NCBI GenBank assembly: GCA_034521515.1
Contig: JAXHMH010000002.1
Location: 576,444-640,443 of the forward strand
DNA: 64,000 nt
Source: Candidatus Saccharimonadota bacterium
GTDB lineage: Bacteria; Patescibacteriota; Saccharimonadia; Saccharimonadales; JAXHMH01
Direction: 5' to 3'
A program made the position numbers and the translations under genes. How positions within the stretch are numbered: position 1 is the first letter of the stretch; each line of letters starts with the position of its first letter. The notes beneath the pieces are model-generated. The model searched no databases. It saw nothing but the letters and a program-made list of their open reading frames with translations, and was not told the origin of the DNA. Positions 43,089 to 52,802 of the stretch are shown here, in pieces.

Positions 43089-43140
43089 GCTGCGTATACC
43101 TCGACTTTACTCTGTTTTTTCGGTATAATCGACTGGTTTT

Positions 43141-46035
43141 ATGAGTGATGTGATAAGAGTTCAGGGAGCGCGAGAACATCCCGATAGCAATCCGCAAAAA
43201 GCGGATGCTACGGGACAAGCAACCTCGCATGAGATGATTCGTGTGCAAGGTGCGCGTGAGCACAACTTGAAAAACATCAGCGTGGAGCTCCCCCGCAATA
43301 AGCTGGTGGTTATTACAGGCCTATCCGGATCCGGTAAATCTAGCCTTGCTTTTGACACGATTTACGCCGAAGGCCAGCGCCGCTACGTTGAATCGTTGAG
43401 TAGCTATGCGCGCCAGTTTTTGGGGCTCATGGAGAAACCGGATGTCGACCAGATCGACGGGTTAAGCCCGGCAATCAGCATTGATCAAAAATCAACCAGC
43501 CGCAATCCGCGCAGTACTGTTGCCACAGTCACTGAAATATATGATTATCTTCGTTTGCTGTTTGCTCGTATCGGTACGCCACATTGTCCAGTCTGCCAAA
43601 AACCGGTAGAGCGTCAGACCACTCAGGCGATTGTCGATCAAGTTGTCGGTCAAACCGAAGGTGCCCGGTTGATGATTCTTGCGCCAGTCGTCGCAGACAA
43701 AAAAGGTGCATTTGAGCATATACCCGAGCAATACATGCGGGCTGGTTTTGCCCGGGCTAGGGTCGATGGGGTTGTTTACGCACTAGACGAGTTCCCAGAG
43801 CTTGATAAAAAGTACAAGCACACCATAGAAGTAGTCGTAGATCGGGTCGTGAATGACCAAGATAGTCGCGGGCGCTTGGTGCAGTCTATAGAGCAGGCTC
43901 TTGATATTACTGACGGTAAACTCAAGGTCGTCAACGCTGATAGTGAAGAAGAGCTGGAATACTCGTTGCTTTATGCATGCTTAGATCATCCGGAAGTCGC
44001 GATTCCGGAGCTAGAGCCAAGAACCTTCAGCTTTAATAGTCCGCAAGGTGCCTGTCCGGTCTGCACTGGTCTTGGCTCACGCCTTGAAGTGGATCCTGAT
44101 TTAGTTATCCCTAATGGCCGGTTGACTATTGCAGAGGGCGCAATCCGCCCGTTTAACCGGGTAAACGCCGACGCTTGGTATATGAAGAAAATGCAGGCAG
44201 TAGCCGAGCGTTATGGTTTCAGTTTGCATGTGCCAACCAGTGAGCTTAAACAGACAGACCTAGACAAGCTGCTGTATGGCAGTGGGTCTGAAACCTATAA
44301 GGTTAAGCTCAGTATGGGTCGGTCGTTTGATACTACTTACGAGGGAGTTATTCCAAACTTAGAACGTCGCCATAAAGAGACCGATAGCGATTTTATGCGT
44401 CGTGATATTGAGCGCTTTATGCGCGAAAAATCATGCCACGAGTGTAAGGGGCGCCGACTACGTCCGGCAGTTCTGGCTATCACAGTCGCCGGTTATTCAA
44501 TCATGGACGTTTGCGAGCTATCTATAGACGATGCAACCAGCTTTTTTGATAATCTCAAACTGTCTGATAAAGAGCGCAAAATTGCCCACCAGATATTAAA
44601 AGAAATTAAAGCTCGGCTTACTTTTATGCAAGACGTAGGACTAAACTACCTTAACTTATTGCGGAGTGCGGCAACGCTATCTGGCGGCGAGGCGCAACGC
44701 ATTAGGCTGGCGACACAGATTGGTTCTGGTTTGCAAGGTGTGCTGTATGTTTTGGACGAGCCATCTATTGGCCTGCATCAGCGTGACAATGCCAGGCTTT
44801 TGCGCACACTTCAGCATCTGCGCGATCTCGGCAACACTGTAATAGTTGTTGAGCACGACGAGGAGACTATTCGCACAGCTGATTATTTGCTTGATATCGG
44901 TCCGGGTGCTGGGCTGAGTGGCGGAGAAATTGTTGCCGAAGGAAAACCGGAAACGGTAGCCAAGAATAAACGGAGCATCACTGGTCAGTACCTACGTGGT
45001 GACTTACAAATTCCAGTGCCAAAAAAGCGTCGCAGTGGGAACGGGAAGTCGCTGACAATCCATGGTGCCAGGGAGCACAACCTAAAAAATCTGACAGTCG
45101 ACATTCCGCTTGGAAAACTAATTGTAGTAAGCGGTGTATCCGGCTCTGGTAAGTCAACGCTCATCAACGATATTTTAGCTAAAGAACTTTCGGCTAGATT
45201 GATGCGTGCCAATAGCGTACCTGGAAAACATGATGATATTGAGGGGATAAAGCAGCTGGACAAAGCAATCATCATAGATCAGTCACCTATTGGACGAACA
45301 CCGCGTTCTAATCCGGCTACTTATACCGGATTGTTTACCCCGATTCGTGAGTTATTTGCTAGTGTCCCGGAATCTAAGATACGCGGTTATGGGCCAGGGC
45401 GATTTAGTTTTAACGTACGCGGTGGTCGCTGCGAAAACTGCGCCGGTGATGGCATTATCAAGATCGAGATGCATTTCTTGCCCGATGTGTATGTATCGTG
45501 CGAAGTATGTAATGGTAAACGCTATAACCGTGAAGCTCTGGAAATCCACTACAAAGGTAAAACCATTAGCGATGTACTGGAGATGACTTGTGAGCAGGCA
45601 CTGGAGTTTTTCCAAAATATTCCATCAATTTCTCGTAAACTGAACACTATGGTAGAAGTTGGGCTGGGTTACATTACGCTAGGCCAGCCAGCGACCACAT
45701 TATCTGGCGGCGAGGCGCAACGCGTCAAACTGGCGACTGAGCTGTCGCGGCGTCCTACCGGGCGCACGCTGTACATACTGGATGAGCCAACGACTGGACT
45801 TCATATGGATGACGTGGACAAGTTGCTCGGTGTTTTACATGCCCTGGTTGATACCGGTAACAGTATGATTGTAATCGAGCATAATTTAGATGTGGTTAAG
45901 AACGCCGATCATGTAATAGATATGGGGCCGGAGGGCGGCGAGGCTGGTGGTGAAATAATAGCTGTTGGCACCCCTGAACAAGTAGCAAAAACCAAAGGCT
46001 CGTACACTGGCAAATATCTTGCAGATATGTTATAA
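43141..46035 (+). CDS. uvrA: Excinuclease ABC subunit A (alternative start ATG 43234)
   Basis: Two ABC modules ([18 protein letters not shown], 2x LSGGEAQR), zinc modules (CPVC.., CxxCxG) and the length all fit UvrA. Confidence 0.96.
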   Translation: MSDVIRVQGAREHPDSNPQKADATGQATSHEMIRVQGAREHNLKNISVELPRNKLVVITGLSGSGKSSLAFDTIYAEGQRRYVESLSSYARQFLGLMEKPDVDQIDGLSPAISIDQKSTSRNPRSTVATVTEIYDYLRLLFARIGTPHCPVCQKPVERQTTQAIVDQVVGQTEGARLMILAPVVADKKGAFEHIPEQYMRAGFARARVDGVVYALDEFPELDKKYKHTIEVVVDRVVNDQDSRGRLVQSIEQALDITDGKLKVVNADSEEELEYSLLYACLDHPEVAIPELEPRTFSFNSPQGACPVCTGLGSRLEVDPDLVIPNGRLTIAEGAIRPFNRVNADAWYMKKMQAVAERYGFSLHVPTSELKQTDLDKLLYGSGSETYKVKLSMGRSFDTTYEGVIPNLERRHKETDSDFMRRDIERFMREKSCHECKGRRLRPAVLAITVAGYSIMDVCELSIDDATSFFDNLKLSDKERKIAHQILKEIKARLTFMQDVGLNYLNLLRSAATLSGGEAQRIRLATQIGSGLQGVLYVLDEPSIGLHQRDNARLLRTLQHLRDLGNTVIVVEHDEETIRTADYLLDIGPGAGLSGGEIVAEGKPETVAKNKRSITGQYLRGDLQIPVPKKRRSGNGKSLTIHGAREHNLKNLTVDIPLGKLIVVSGVSGSGKSTLINDILAKELSARLMRANSVPGKHDDIEGIKQLDKAIIIDQSPIGRTPRSNPATYTGLFTPIRELFASVPESKIRGYGPGRFSFNVRGGRCENCAGDGIIKIEMHFLPDVYVSCEVCNGKRYNREALEIHYKGKTISDVLEMTCEQALEFFQNIPSISRKLNTMVEVGLGYITLGQPATTLSGGEAQRVKLATELSRRPTGRTLYILDEPTTGLHMDDVDKLLGVLHALVDTGNSMIVIEHNLDVVKNADHVIDMGPEGGEAGGEIIAVGTPEQVAKTKGSYTGKYLADML

Positions 46036-46045
46036 TAAACATATT

Positions 46046-46447
46046 ATGGATATTGAATTGAGCCATGTATCTTTCGAGAGCGACAGAGAGGCCTTCGTAT
46101 CGCTTCTTGCTGAGACATCACCAGATGCGCCGGAGACTCAGAAGCTTGAGATTCTGACTGGTTACGTCATAGCTTGCAAGCAAGCACTGCCTTACGGAGC
46201 GAGCTCTGAGGAGTTGATGACTTCAATCGAAGAGGGTTTAGTTGCGCATGGTTACGAAATTACTGACGCGCACCATGTTGCTACAGAGTGTGCTGATCCG
46301 AGTGTGTTCAAAAACATTACGAGGCAGATAGCATTGAAATCTAGCGAACGGGCAATCCGTTCCAAAACTGGCCATTACGTGCCCTACAGTGCGCTTGCTG
46401 AGTTGGCTTTACGTAAACACCGCTTTTCTATTGACGAACATTTGTGA
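46046..46447 (+). CDS. Hypothetical protein (133 aa)
   Basis: An ORF with an ATG just after the uvrA stop. No motif recognised. Confidence 0.5.
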   Translation: MDIELSHVSFESDREAFVSLLAETSPDAPETQKLEILTGYVIACKQALPYGASSEELMTSIEEGLVAHGYEITDAHHVATECADPSVFKNITRQIALKSSERAIRSKTGHYVPYSALAELALRKHRFSIDEHL

Positions 46448-46523
46448 GAAAAACGTACGGCGCCTCTGGTAACACGCAAACAGTCTTGCTATAATAGATT
46501 GTACAAAAGCCTGAGGAGGAAAT

Positions 46524-47222
46524 GTGTCTGACGATATTGCAATTACGCTAAAAGAACGAGAAGTTATCCGTAAAGGTTTGACTGGGTTGCGTACCCAGGG
46601 TCAAGTACCTGCGGTTATTCATAACCACGGTAAGGAGTCCATGCATGTTATGGGTGATGCCGTAGCACTTGAAAAAGCCTATCAAAAAGCCGGTCGGCAC
46701 CATCCGGTTTCTCTTAAGATTGGTTCAAAACAGCGTTTAGCGCTTATAAAGGACGTTGATTTTGACCCTACCAAACACAAGATGCGCCACATTGTGTTCC
46801 AGGCAATCCGCCAGAACGAAACCACCACCGCGGAAATCCCAGTCGTGCTTGTCGGCGAAGAAATCCCGGCCGAGAAGAAAAATCTGCTTATCCTGACACA
46901 GTACGACACGGTTGATGTTGAGGCATTGCCTAAAGATTTACCAGACGAACTAACAGCCGATGCGACAGTTCTGGCAGATGTGGGCGATCGAGTACACGTA
47001 TCTGATATTAAGGCACCGCAAGGCGTTACAATCCTAACCGATCCAGATTTGACGTTAGCAGTCGTTGAAATGCCACGAGACCAGGTTGCCGAAGCTGATG
47101 CCGCTGCCGAGAGTCTTGCCGAAGATCAGGGCGTGCCTGACGAAGAACCAGCAGAAGAACCTGATGATACAGAAAAAGACGAAGAGCCATCCGACGAATC
47201 TGAAGTCTCTAAAGAAGCATAA
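46524..47222 (+). CDS. rplY: Ribosomal protein L25/general stress protein Ctc with an acidic C-terminal tail
   Basis: GQVPAVIHNHGKESMHV and HPVSLKIG are L25/Ctc patterns. GAGGAGG SD, GTG start. Confidence 0.85.
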   Translation: MSDDIAITLKEREVIRKGLTGLRTQGQVPAVIHNHGKESMHVMGDAVALEKAYQKAGRHHPVSLKIGSKQRLALIKDVDFDPTKHKMRHIVFQAIRQNETTTAEIPVVLVGEEIPAEKKNLLILTQYDTVDVEALPKDLPDELTADATVLADVGDRVHVSDIKAPQGVTILTDPDLTLAVVEMPRDQVAEADAAAESLAEDQGVPDEEPAEEPDDTEKDEEPSDESEVSKEA

Positions 47223-47237
47223 AACTATAGAACCACT

Positions 47238-48122
47238 ATGCAGAAAGTCATACTGTACTACAAATTTGTGCCGGTGACGGATCCGGAAATGACCATGCGC
47301 TGGCAGCGCGAACTTTGCACGCGTCTTAACTTAAAAGGACGCATAATTATCAGCCCGCATGGCATTAACGGCACTCTTGGTGGTAATTTGGATGATCTAA
47401 AAACGTATAAAAAAGAGATGAACAAATCGGTCATTTTCAAAGGTATTGAGTATAAGTGGAGTGAAGGTACTGGCGAAGAATTCCCCAGGCTGCGAGTTAA
47501 AGTTAAACCTGAATTGGTAGCGTTTGATGCTTCAGGCGAAGTCCAGGTTGATGAAAATGGAGTTATTGGGGGAGGCAAACACCTCAAACCAAAACAATTA
47601 CACAAGCTGCTCGCGGAACGCGGCGATGATGTGGTGTTTTTTGACGGACGTAACGCGTTTGAGGCGCAAGTCGGTCGTTTTAAAAATGCGGTTGTTCCGG
47701 ACACTAAGACTAGCCGAGATTTTCTAAAAGAGATTGACAGCGATAAATACGAAGATATAAAAGACAAGCCAGTCGTGACTTACTGTACCGGCGGTGTTCG
47801 TTGTGAGGTATTAAGCAGCCTAATGAAAAAGCGAGGCTTTAAAGAGGTCTATCAGATGGATGGCGGCATTGTGAAGTACGGTGAAACGTACAAGGACGAC
47901 GGGCTATGGGAAGGAGCACTGTATATTTTTGATGATCGCATGACGCATCGTTTTTCTAAAAAATCTGTAGATATAGGCCAGTGTGTTCATTGCCAGGGCA
48001 AAACGAGTAATTTCGAAAACTGCGACGACGTTTCCTGTAATCGCTTGGTTCTTGTCTGTAAAGCGTGCGCTAACCAAGATTTATGCGACACATGCACCAA
48101 AAAATCAGTAGAAGTACAATAA
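47238..48122 (+). CDS. trhO: Rhodanese-domain tRNA uridine(34) hydroxylase TrhO (UPF0176/YceA)
   Basis: ILYYKFVPVTDPE, the active-site loop YCTGGVRCE and a C-terminal Cys cluster. Confidence 0.85.
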   Translation: MQKVILYYKFVPVTDPEMTMRWQRELCTRLNLKGRIIISPHGINGTLGGNLDDLKTYKKEMNKSVIFKGIEYKWSEGTGEEFPRLRVKVKPELVAFDASGEVQVDENGVIGGGKHLKPKQLHKLLAERGDDVVFFDGRNAFEAQVGRFKNAVVPDTKTSRDFLKEIDSDKYEDIKDKPVVTYCTGGVRCEVLSSLMKKRGFKEVYQMDGGIVKYGETYKDDGLWEGALYIFDDRMTHRFSKKSVDIGQCVHCQGKTSNFENCDDVSCNRLVLVCKACANQDLCDTCTKKSVEVQ

Positions 48123-48123
48123 A

Positions 48124-48152
48124 TTGACAAACTTGCAAAAATAGTGTACCAT
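48124..48152 (+). promoter_or_regulatory. Sigma70-like promoter TTGACA-17 nt-TACCAT
   Basis: Hexamers and spacing were read directly. It lies upstream of a hairpin-rich ~145-nt untranslated segment. Confidence 0.35.
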
Positions 48153-48326
48153 GATACTATGGATGCTTTTGGGCTTCCGGCGATTTAACAGAGGTGTGCA
48201 TAGTTCGGAGGACACGTGTCTTCCATTATGTCGCAGGCCTATCAGGCAAGCGACAACCTTGGTCTCGTAGGGGGACAAAAGTTCGGGCGGAGACCGTTCT
48301 TTTAGCCTACAAACCAAGGAGTAAGA

Positions 48327-48536
48327 ATGCGTATTATGGTTGAAAAGACCCTAGGATTTGTCGTCGTCTTGGCAGTATTTGTCGGTGGAGCGGCCGCTTG
48401 TGGCTACTACATTTGGCAGGATGCCGAACGTCAACGTGGCGCCCTCGCTTTGGCAATTGGCCTGACTTTGATTATCTGCGGATGGTTTTGGGTCACCAAA
48501 GATCGGAGCTTGAGGACGCTGAGCAGCGACGACTGA
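48327..48536 (+). CDS. Small two-TM membrane protein (69 aa)
   Basis: It has an AAGGAG SD and two hydrophobic helices. It is followed by the GC-rich hairpin aggcgggggctgg/ccagcccccgcct. Confidence 0.55.
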   Translation: MRIMVEKTLGFVVVLAVFVGGAAACGYYIWQDAERQRGALALAIGLTLIICGWFWVTKDRSLRTLSSDD

Positions 48537-48724
48537 CATGAACCAGGCGGGGGCTGGATTTCTGACGTACAATTCGTCAAACCAGCCCCCGCCTCGGCGG
48601 CTCTATTACCTTCAATCAAATTACACGTGTTCTCTATTTTCTTTCCGAAGTGTGCATAAAATGTTTATAGCCAAAACGGGTACAATTGGTCACAACTAAA
48701 CCTTATAACCTATACTGTAAAAGT

Positions 48725-49267
48725 ATGAGACGTCTAATGCGACATAAGAATACACCAAATTTTGTGCCGGATTTTATGGCGCCATCAGTTTTTGAGGTAG
48801 ATTTTAAACTGCTCAAAGATCGTGGCATAAAATTTATAGCATTTGACGCGGACAGCACATTGGTTCATTTTAGGGGTACAGAATTATCAGAAGAAACCAA
48901 ACGTCATATTAAACAGCAGCGGCACTTGTTCGATGGTTGGTGCGTTGCCAGCAACCGTTTAAGTAATGACCTAGGTGCATTGGCAGAAAGTATTGACGCG
49001 GGTGTTGTCCGAGCAAATTTATACCACCGCAAGCCCAAAAAAGCCTATTTCAAGCGCATCATAGAGCATTTTCAGGCTGAACCACAAGAAATCGCTATTA
49101 TTGGCGATAAACTAATCGCTGATGTGCTGGGTGGCAACCGGAGTGGTTTTACGACAGTTTGGGTGGAAAATATTGGCCCGGATAGCCCCTGGGATTGGGT
49201 GCTGCGCGTTCGTGCATGGGAAAAACGCTTAATGAAACGACATGTTGGCCTGAAAGGTAATAAATGA
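48725..49267 (+). CDS. HAD-IIIA phosphatase, YqeG-like
   Basis: FDADSTLV and GDKLIADVLGGNRSGFTTVWV. Confidence 0.8.
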   Translation: MRRLMRHKNTPNFVPDFMAPSVFEVDFKLLKDRGIKFIAFDADSTLVHFRGTELSEETKRHIKQQRHLFDGWCVASNRLSNDLGALAESIDAGVVRANLYHRKPKKAYFKRIIEHFQAEPQEIAIIGDKLIADVLGGNRSGFTTVWVENIGPDSPWDWVLRVRAWEKRLMKRHVGLKGNK

Positions 49268-50781
49268 CAAAAATGTTGGATAATAAATTAGCTAAGATAC
49301 CTAAAAGCCCAGGTGTTTATTTTTATAAAGATAAGAGTGGCGACATTATCTATATTGGCAAAGCCGCTGTTTTGCGTAATCGGGTAAGGCAATACTTTCA
49401 AAAAAGTCGTGCGCGTGACCCTAAAACAGAAGCGCTGATTGCCGAAATAGCCGACGTTGAATGGACGGAAGTTGAGACCGAGCTGGACGCTTTATTTTTA
49501 GAAGCTGAGCTTATTCGTCGCTATATGCCGCGTTATAACATTTTGCTGCGTGATGATAAGAGCTTGACGTATGTGAGGATTGACTACGATGCCAAACATC
49601 CAACCGTTACATTGACTCGGCGGCCGCTGGACGATGGTGCGCGTTATATGGGGCCGTATTTTAGTGCTTTGGCGGTGCGGCGGGCGTTGAAGTATTTACG
49701 CAGAATTTTTCCGTATTCTACGCACGCGAATTCCATACCAAAGCGCAACTGTCTTCAGGTGCATCTTGGCCTTTGTCCGGGTCTGGAAAGCGGCCAGACA
49801 TCGCTCCAAGATTATCGGTTGAATCTCAGGCGTCTCATGCAGTATTTAAAAGGTGAGCGGGTTAAACTGATGCGGGATATTGAACGGGAGATGAAGGCAG
49901 CCGCTAAAGTCCGAAATTTTGAGCAAGCTGCTAAGTTACGTAATCAATATACGGCTTTGAAGGGTTTGTCGCGGCAAATCGTGTTTTCTGATCGGGAAGG
50001 CTTGGACATAAGTAAAGACCTTGCCTTGAGTGGTTTGGCAGAGTTGCTGGGATTAGCGGCCATTCCGCGCCGCATAGAGGGTTATGACATATCTCATTTG
50101 CAAGGAACCGATAATGTGGCCAGCATGGTGGTGTTCGTGAGCGGTGTGCCTGATAAAGCAGCGTACCGCAAGTTTAAACTGCGAGTTCCTGGTAATGATG
50201 ATTATGCACACATTAACGAGGCACTTATTAGGCGATTGCGCGAAAATAACCGCAAAAAATGGGGCGTGCCGGATATGTGCCTGATTGATGGCGGTAGAGG
50301 ACAGTTAACAGCAGCAATAGAAGCGCGCGATAAGGCCGGATTGGATATCCCGATGATTGGCTTGGCTAAACGTGACGAAGAGCTGGTGGTTCATAAAACA
50401 AAATCCAACGTAAGGCTAAATACCGAAGCCTTGCAATCCATGGCTGGGCATCGGTTTGATACTGAGGCTTTTACGATAGTTTCCTTGCCGCACAGTTCAC
50501 ACATCGTCAAATTACTGCAACGCATTCGTGATGAATCACACCGGTTTGCTGTGAGCTATCACTCGGTGCTCAAAACCAAGCGACAAACCGCCAGCTTACT
50601 TGATGATATCCCCGGCGTCGGACCATCGACTCGTAAGAAACTGCTCAAAGCATTTGGCAGCATGAAAGGGGTGTTGCAAGCGGATCAGGCAGCACTCGAA
50701 AAGGTAGTCGGTGCTAAAAAAGCCGCTACACTTCATAAATACTTACGGGCGCATAGAAAATCGTCACCCGGTGATATCTAG
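49264..50781 (+). CDS. uvrC: Excinuclease ABC subunit C (short, 505 aa)
   Basis: N-terminal GIY-YIG (GVYFYKDKSGDIIYIGKA), a UVR-like segment, the endonuclease domain and the C-terminal HhH (IPGVGPSTRKKLL). Confidence 0.92.
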   Translation: MTKMLDNKLAKIPKSPGVYFYKDKSGDIIYIGKAAVLRNRVRQYFQKSRARDPKTEALIAEIADVEWTEVETELDALFLEAELIRRYMPRYNILLRDDKSLTYVRIDYDAKHPTVTLTRRPLDDGARYMGPYFSALAVRRALKYLRRIFPYSTHANSIPKRNCLQVHLGLCPGLESGQTSLQDYRLNLRRLMQYLKGERVKLMRDIEREMKAAAKVRNFEQAAKLRNQYTALKGLSRQIVFSDREGLDISKDLALSGLAELLGLAAIPRRIEGYDISHLQGTDNVASMVVFVSGVPDKAAYRKFKLRVPGNDDYAHINEALIRRLRENNRKKWGVPDMCLIDGGRGQLTAAIEARDKAGLDIPMIGLAKRDEELVVHKTKSNVRLNTEALQSMAGHRFDTEAFTIVSLPHSSHIVKLLQRIRDESHRFAVSYHSVLKTKRQTASLLDDIPGVGPSTRKKLLKAFGSMKGVLQADQAALEKVVGAKKAATLHKYLRAHRKSSPGDI

Positions 50782-50803
50782 TGTTATACTATCGGACTGC
50801 AGC

Positions 50804-52027
50804 ATGAAATCTTATTTTACGAGTGATTTTTTTATTGGTAACCGCAAACGTTTGCGGCAACTTTTTAGTGGTACGGCACCGATTGTTATGAGTGCAGCCG
50901 GAAGGTTGCAACGGAGCCGTGACAGCGCCTTTCCGTTTAGGCAAGACAGTAATTTTTGGTATTTGACTGGTATCGATGAAGCCGATGTTCTGCTGGTGCT
51001 CGATAAAGACAAAGAATACCTCATTTTGCCGGAACTTAGCGAAGTACAACAGATATTTGATGGCGTGCACGATGAAGCTGCCCTTCGTGAAAAATCTGGA
51101 ATCTCGGAAATACTGACTGCAAAAGAGGGTTGGAAACGGCTAGGCTTGCGTGTTAAGCGTGTGCGGCACGTTGCCACCCTGTCACCACCGCCAAGCTATC
51201 AGGATCAAATTGGGCTGTATACTAATCCAGCGCGATCTCAGCTCGTATCTCGTCTAAAGCAGCAAAACCAAAACCTGGAACTTCTGGATCTTACTAAGCA
51301 TTTAGTTAAAATGAGGCAGATTAAACAGCCACCAGAATTGGAATCGATACGTGCTGCGGTTGATCTAACAACTAGAGCTTTTAAAGAAAGTTCTAAATAT
51401 CGTTCTTCCTGGAAGCGTGAATACGAAGCCGAAGCATTTTTTACCGGTTATTTTAGGAGCCACGGGGCAACTCATGCCTACGAGCCAATAGTTGCATCTG
51501 GAATAAACGCTTGCGTACTGCACTACAACATCAATACTGCCAATATTGGCACGGAAAGTATGTTGCTGATGGACATTGGGGCAGAAGTGCAGGGCTACGC
51601 AGCCGATATAACCCGTACATATACCACCAGTGAACCCACCAAGCGTCAACGGGCTGTGCTCAATGCGGTAGTATCAGTTCAGGAGTTCGCCTATAGCTGT
51701 CTAAAGCCGGGTGTTACGATGCGTGAATATGAGCAAAAGATTGAAACGTATGCCGGCGAGAAGCTTCGTGAACTGGGATTGATAAAAACAATCAAACAAT
51801 CAACTGTCCGGCAGTACTTTCCGCATGCAACATCACACTTTTTGGGTTTGGATGTTCATGACGTTGGGGATTACTCCCAGCCACTAGAGGCAGGCATGGT
51901 ATTAACAGTGGAGCCTGGTATATATATCCCAAAAGAGAATATAGGAGTTCGTATTGAGGATGACATTGTTATAACTAAAAGCGGTATCGATGTGCTGTCG
52001 AGCAACTTGCCACGGCTGCCGGCCTAG
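50804..52027 (+). CDS. Xaa-Pro aminopeptidase (M24B)
   Basis: DIGAEVQGYAADITRT, HATSHFLGLDVHD, VEPGIY and RIEDD are metal ligand blocks. ATG 50804 avoids overlap with uvrC. Confidence 0.88.
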   Translation: MKSYFTSDFFIGNRKRLRQLFSGTAPIVMSAAGRLQRSRDSAFPFRQDSNFWYLTGIDEADVLLVLDKDKEYLILPELSEVQQIFDGVHDEAALREKSGISEILTAKEGWKRLGLRVKRVRHVATLSPPPSYQDQIGLYTNPARSQLVSRLKQQNQNLELLDLTKHLVKMRQIKQPPELESIRAAVDLTTRAFKESSKYRSSWKREYEAEAFFTGYFRSHGATHAYEPIVASGINACVLHYNINTANIGTESMLLMDIGAEVQGYAADITRTYTTSEPTKRQRAVLNAVVSVQEFAYSCLKPGVTMREYEQKIETYAGEKLRELGLIKTIKQSTVRQYFPHATSHFLGLDVHDVGDYSQPLEAGMVLTVEPGIYIPKENIGVRIEDDIVITKSGIDVLSSNLPRLPA

Positions 52028-52047
52028 CCTAGAATGGTGAGTATAGA

Positions 52048-52401
52048 ATGAAACATGCTTTATCACGATTACTGATGCGCTGGTTTGTATGCAGTCTTGG
52101 ACTGTGGGTTGCGGCTGGCATTTTTGGCGGTATTACATATGATAGCCGTTTAGGGGTTATCGTGTTAGCCGGTCTTATTCTGGCATTGATTAACGCCATT
52201 ATTAAACCGATTGTCGTTATATTATCGCTGCCGGCTATTTTGTTCAGTCTAGGTCTATTTATGATTGTAATAAACGGGCTTATGGTGTGGTTGGTTAGTG
52301 CACTATATCCGCAACTGTATGTGGCAAGTTTTTGGGCGGCTATTCTTGCCGGGATGGTTATAGGGCTGGTAAACTACCTAGTATCAGCAATTTTGGAATA
52401 A
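52048..52401 (+). CDS. Phage holin family 4 / YvlD-like (DUF360) membrane protein
   Basis: Four TM segments and the pattern INAIIKPIVVILSLPAILFSLGLF. Confidence 0.7.
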   Translation: MKHALSRLLMRWFVCSLGLWVAAGIFGGITYDSRLGVIVLAGLILALINAIIKPIVVILSLPAILFSLGLFMIVINGLMVWLVSALYPQLYVASFWAAILAGMVIGLVNYLVSAILE

Positions 52402-52426
52402 TCTCAGAGTAAGGTAAGAACGCACC

Positions 52427-52645
52427 ATGAATATATATAACTACATAAGTCTAGTCTCAGTTGTGATTCTCATCGCATTGATTCTTGTGCAGACTCGCGG
52501 GGCGAGCCTTGGTGCAGGGTTTGGCGGTGCCGGGAGTGGGGAAATTAACATGACAAGACGCGGAACTGACATGACGCTTCACCAAATAACAATTTTTGTT
52601 GCTTTTGTGTTTGCGTCGTCTCTTATTATGCATCTCGTCGCTTAG
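52427..52645 (+). CDS. secG: Preprotein translocase subunit SecG
   Basis: A two-TM 72-aa protein with LVQTRGASLGAGFGG. Confidence 0.8.
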   Translation: MNIYNYISLVSVVILIALILVQTRGASLGAGFGGAGSGEINMTRRGTDMTLHQITIFVAFVFASSLIMHLVA

Positions 52646-52802
52646 ACGTTTTTCATGAAAAACGATTTTAAATTTACCATTTCACAATTTACATTTAGAT
52701 ATCATTTCTCATATTACATTAGTAAAATATGGCAAATGGTAACTGCTAAATTACTGGAAATTGGCCAATGTAAATCGATAGATCCCTCCGCAGGAGGTTT
52801 TT

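Noticed and set aside
50711-50803. Upstream extension of the aminopeptidase ORF overlapping the uvrC 3' end
   Set aside because: The extension has no homology-like content and overlaps uvrC by 70 nt. ATG 50804 gives a normal M24B N-terminus.
52646-52802. Clusters of ACATTTA/TAAATGT-like motifs here and at 57330-57400, possibly a shared operator
   Set aside because: The regions are AT-rich and the motif is short and degenerate. The matches I could align by eye are compatible with chance in AT-rich intergenic DNA.
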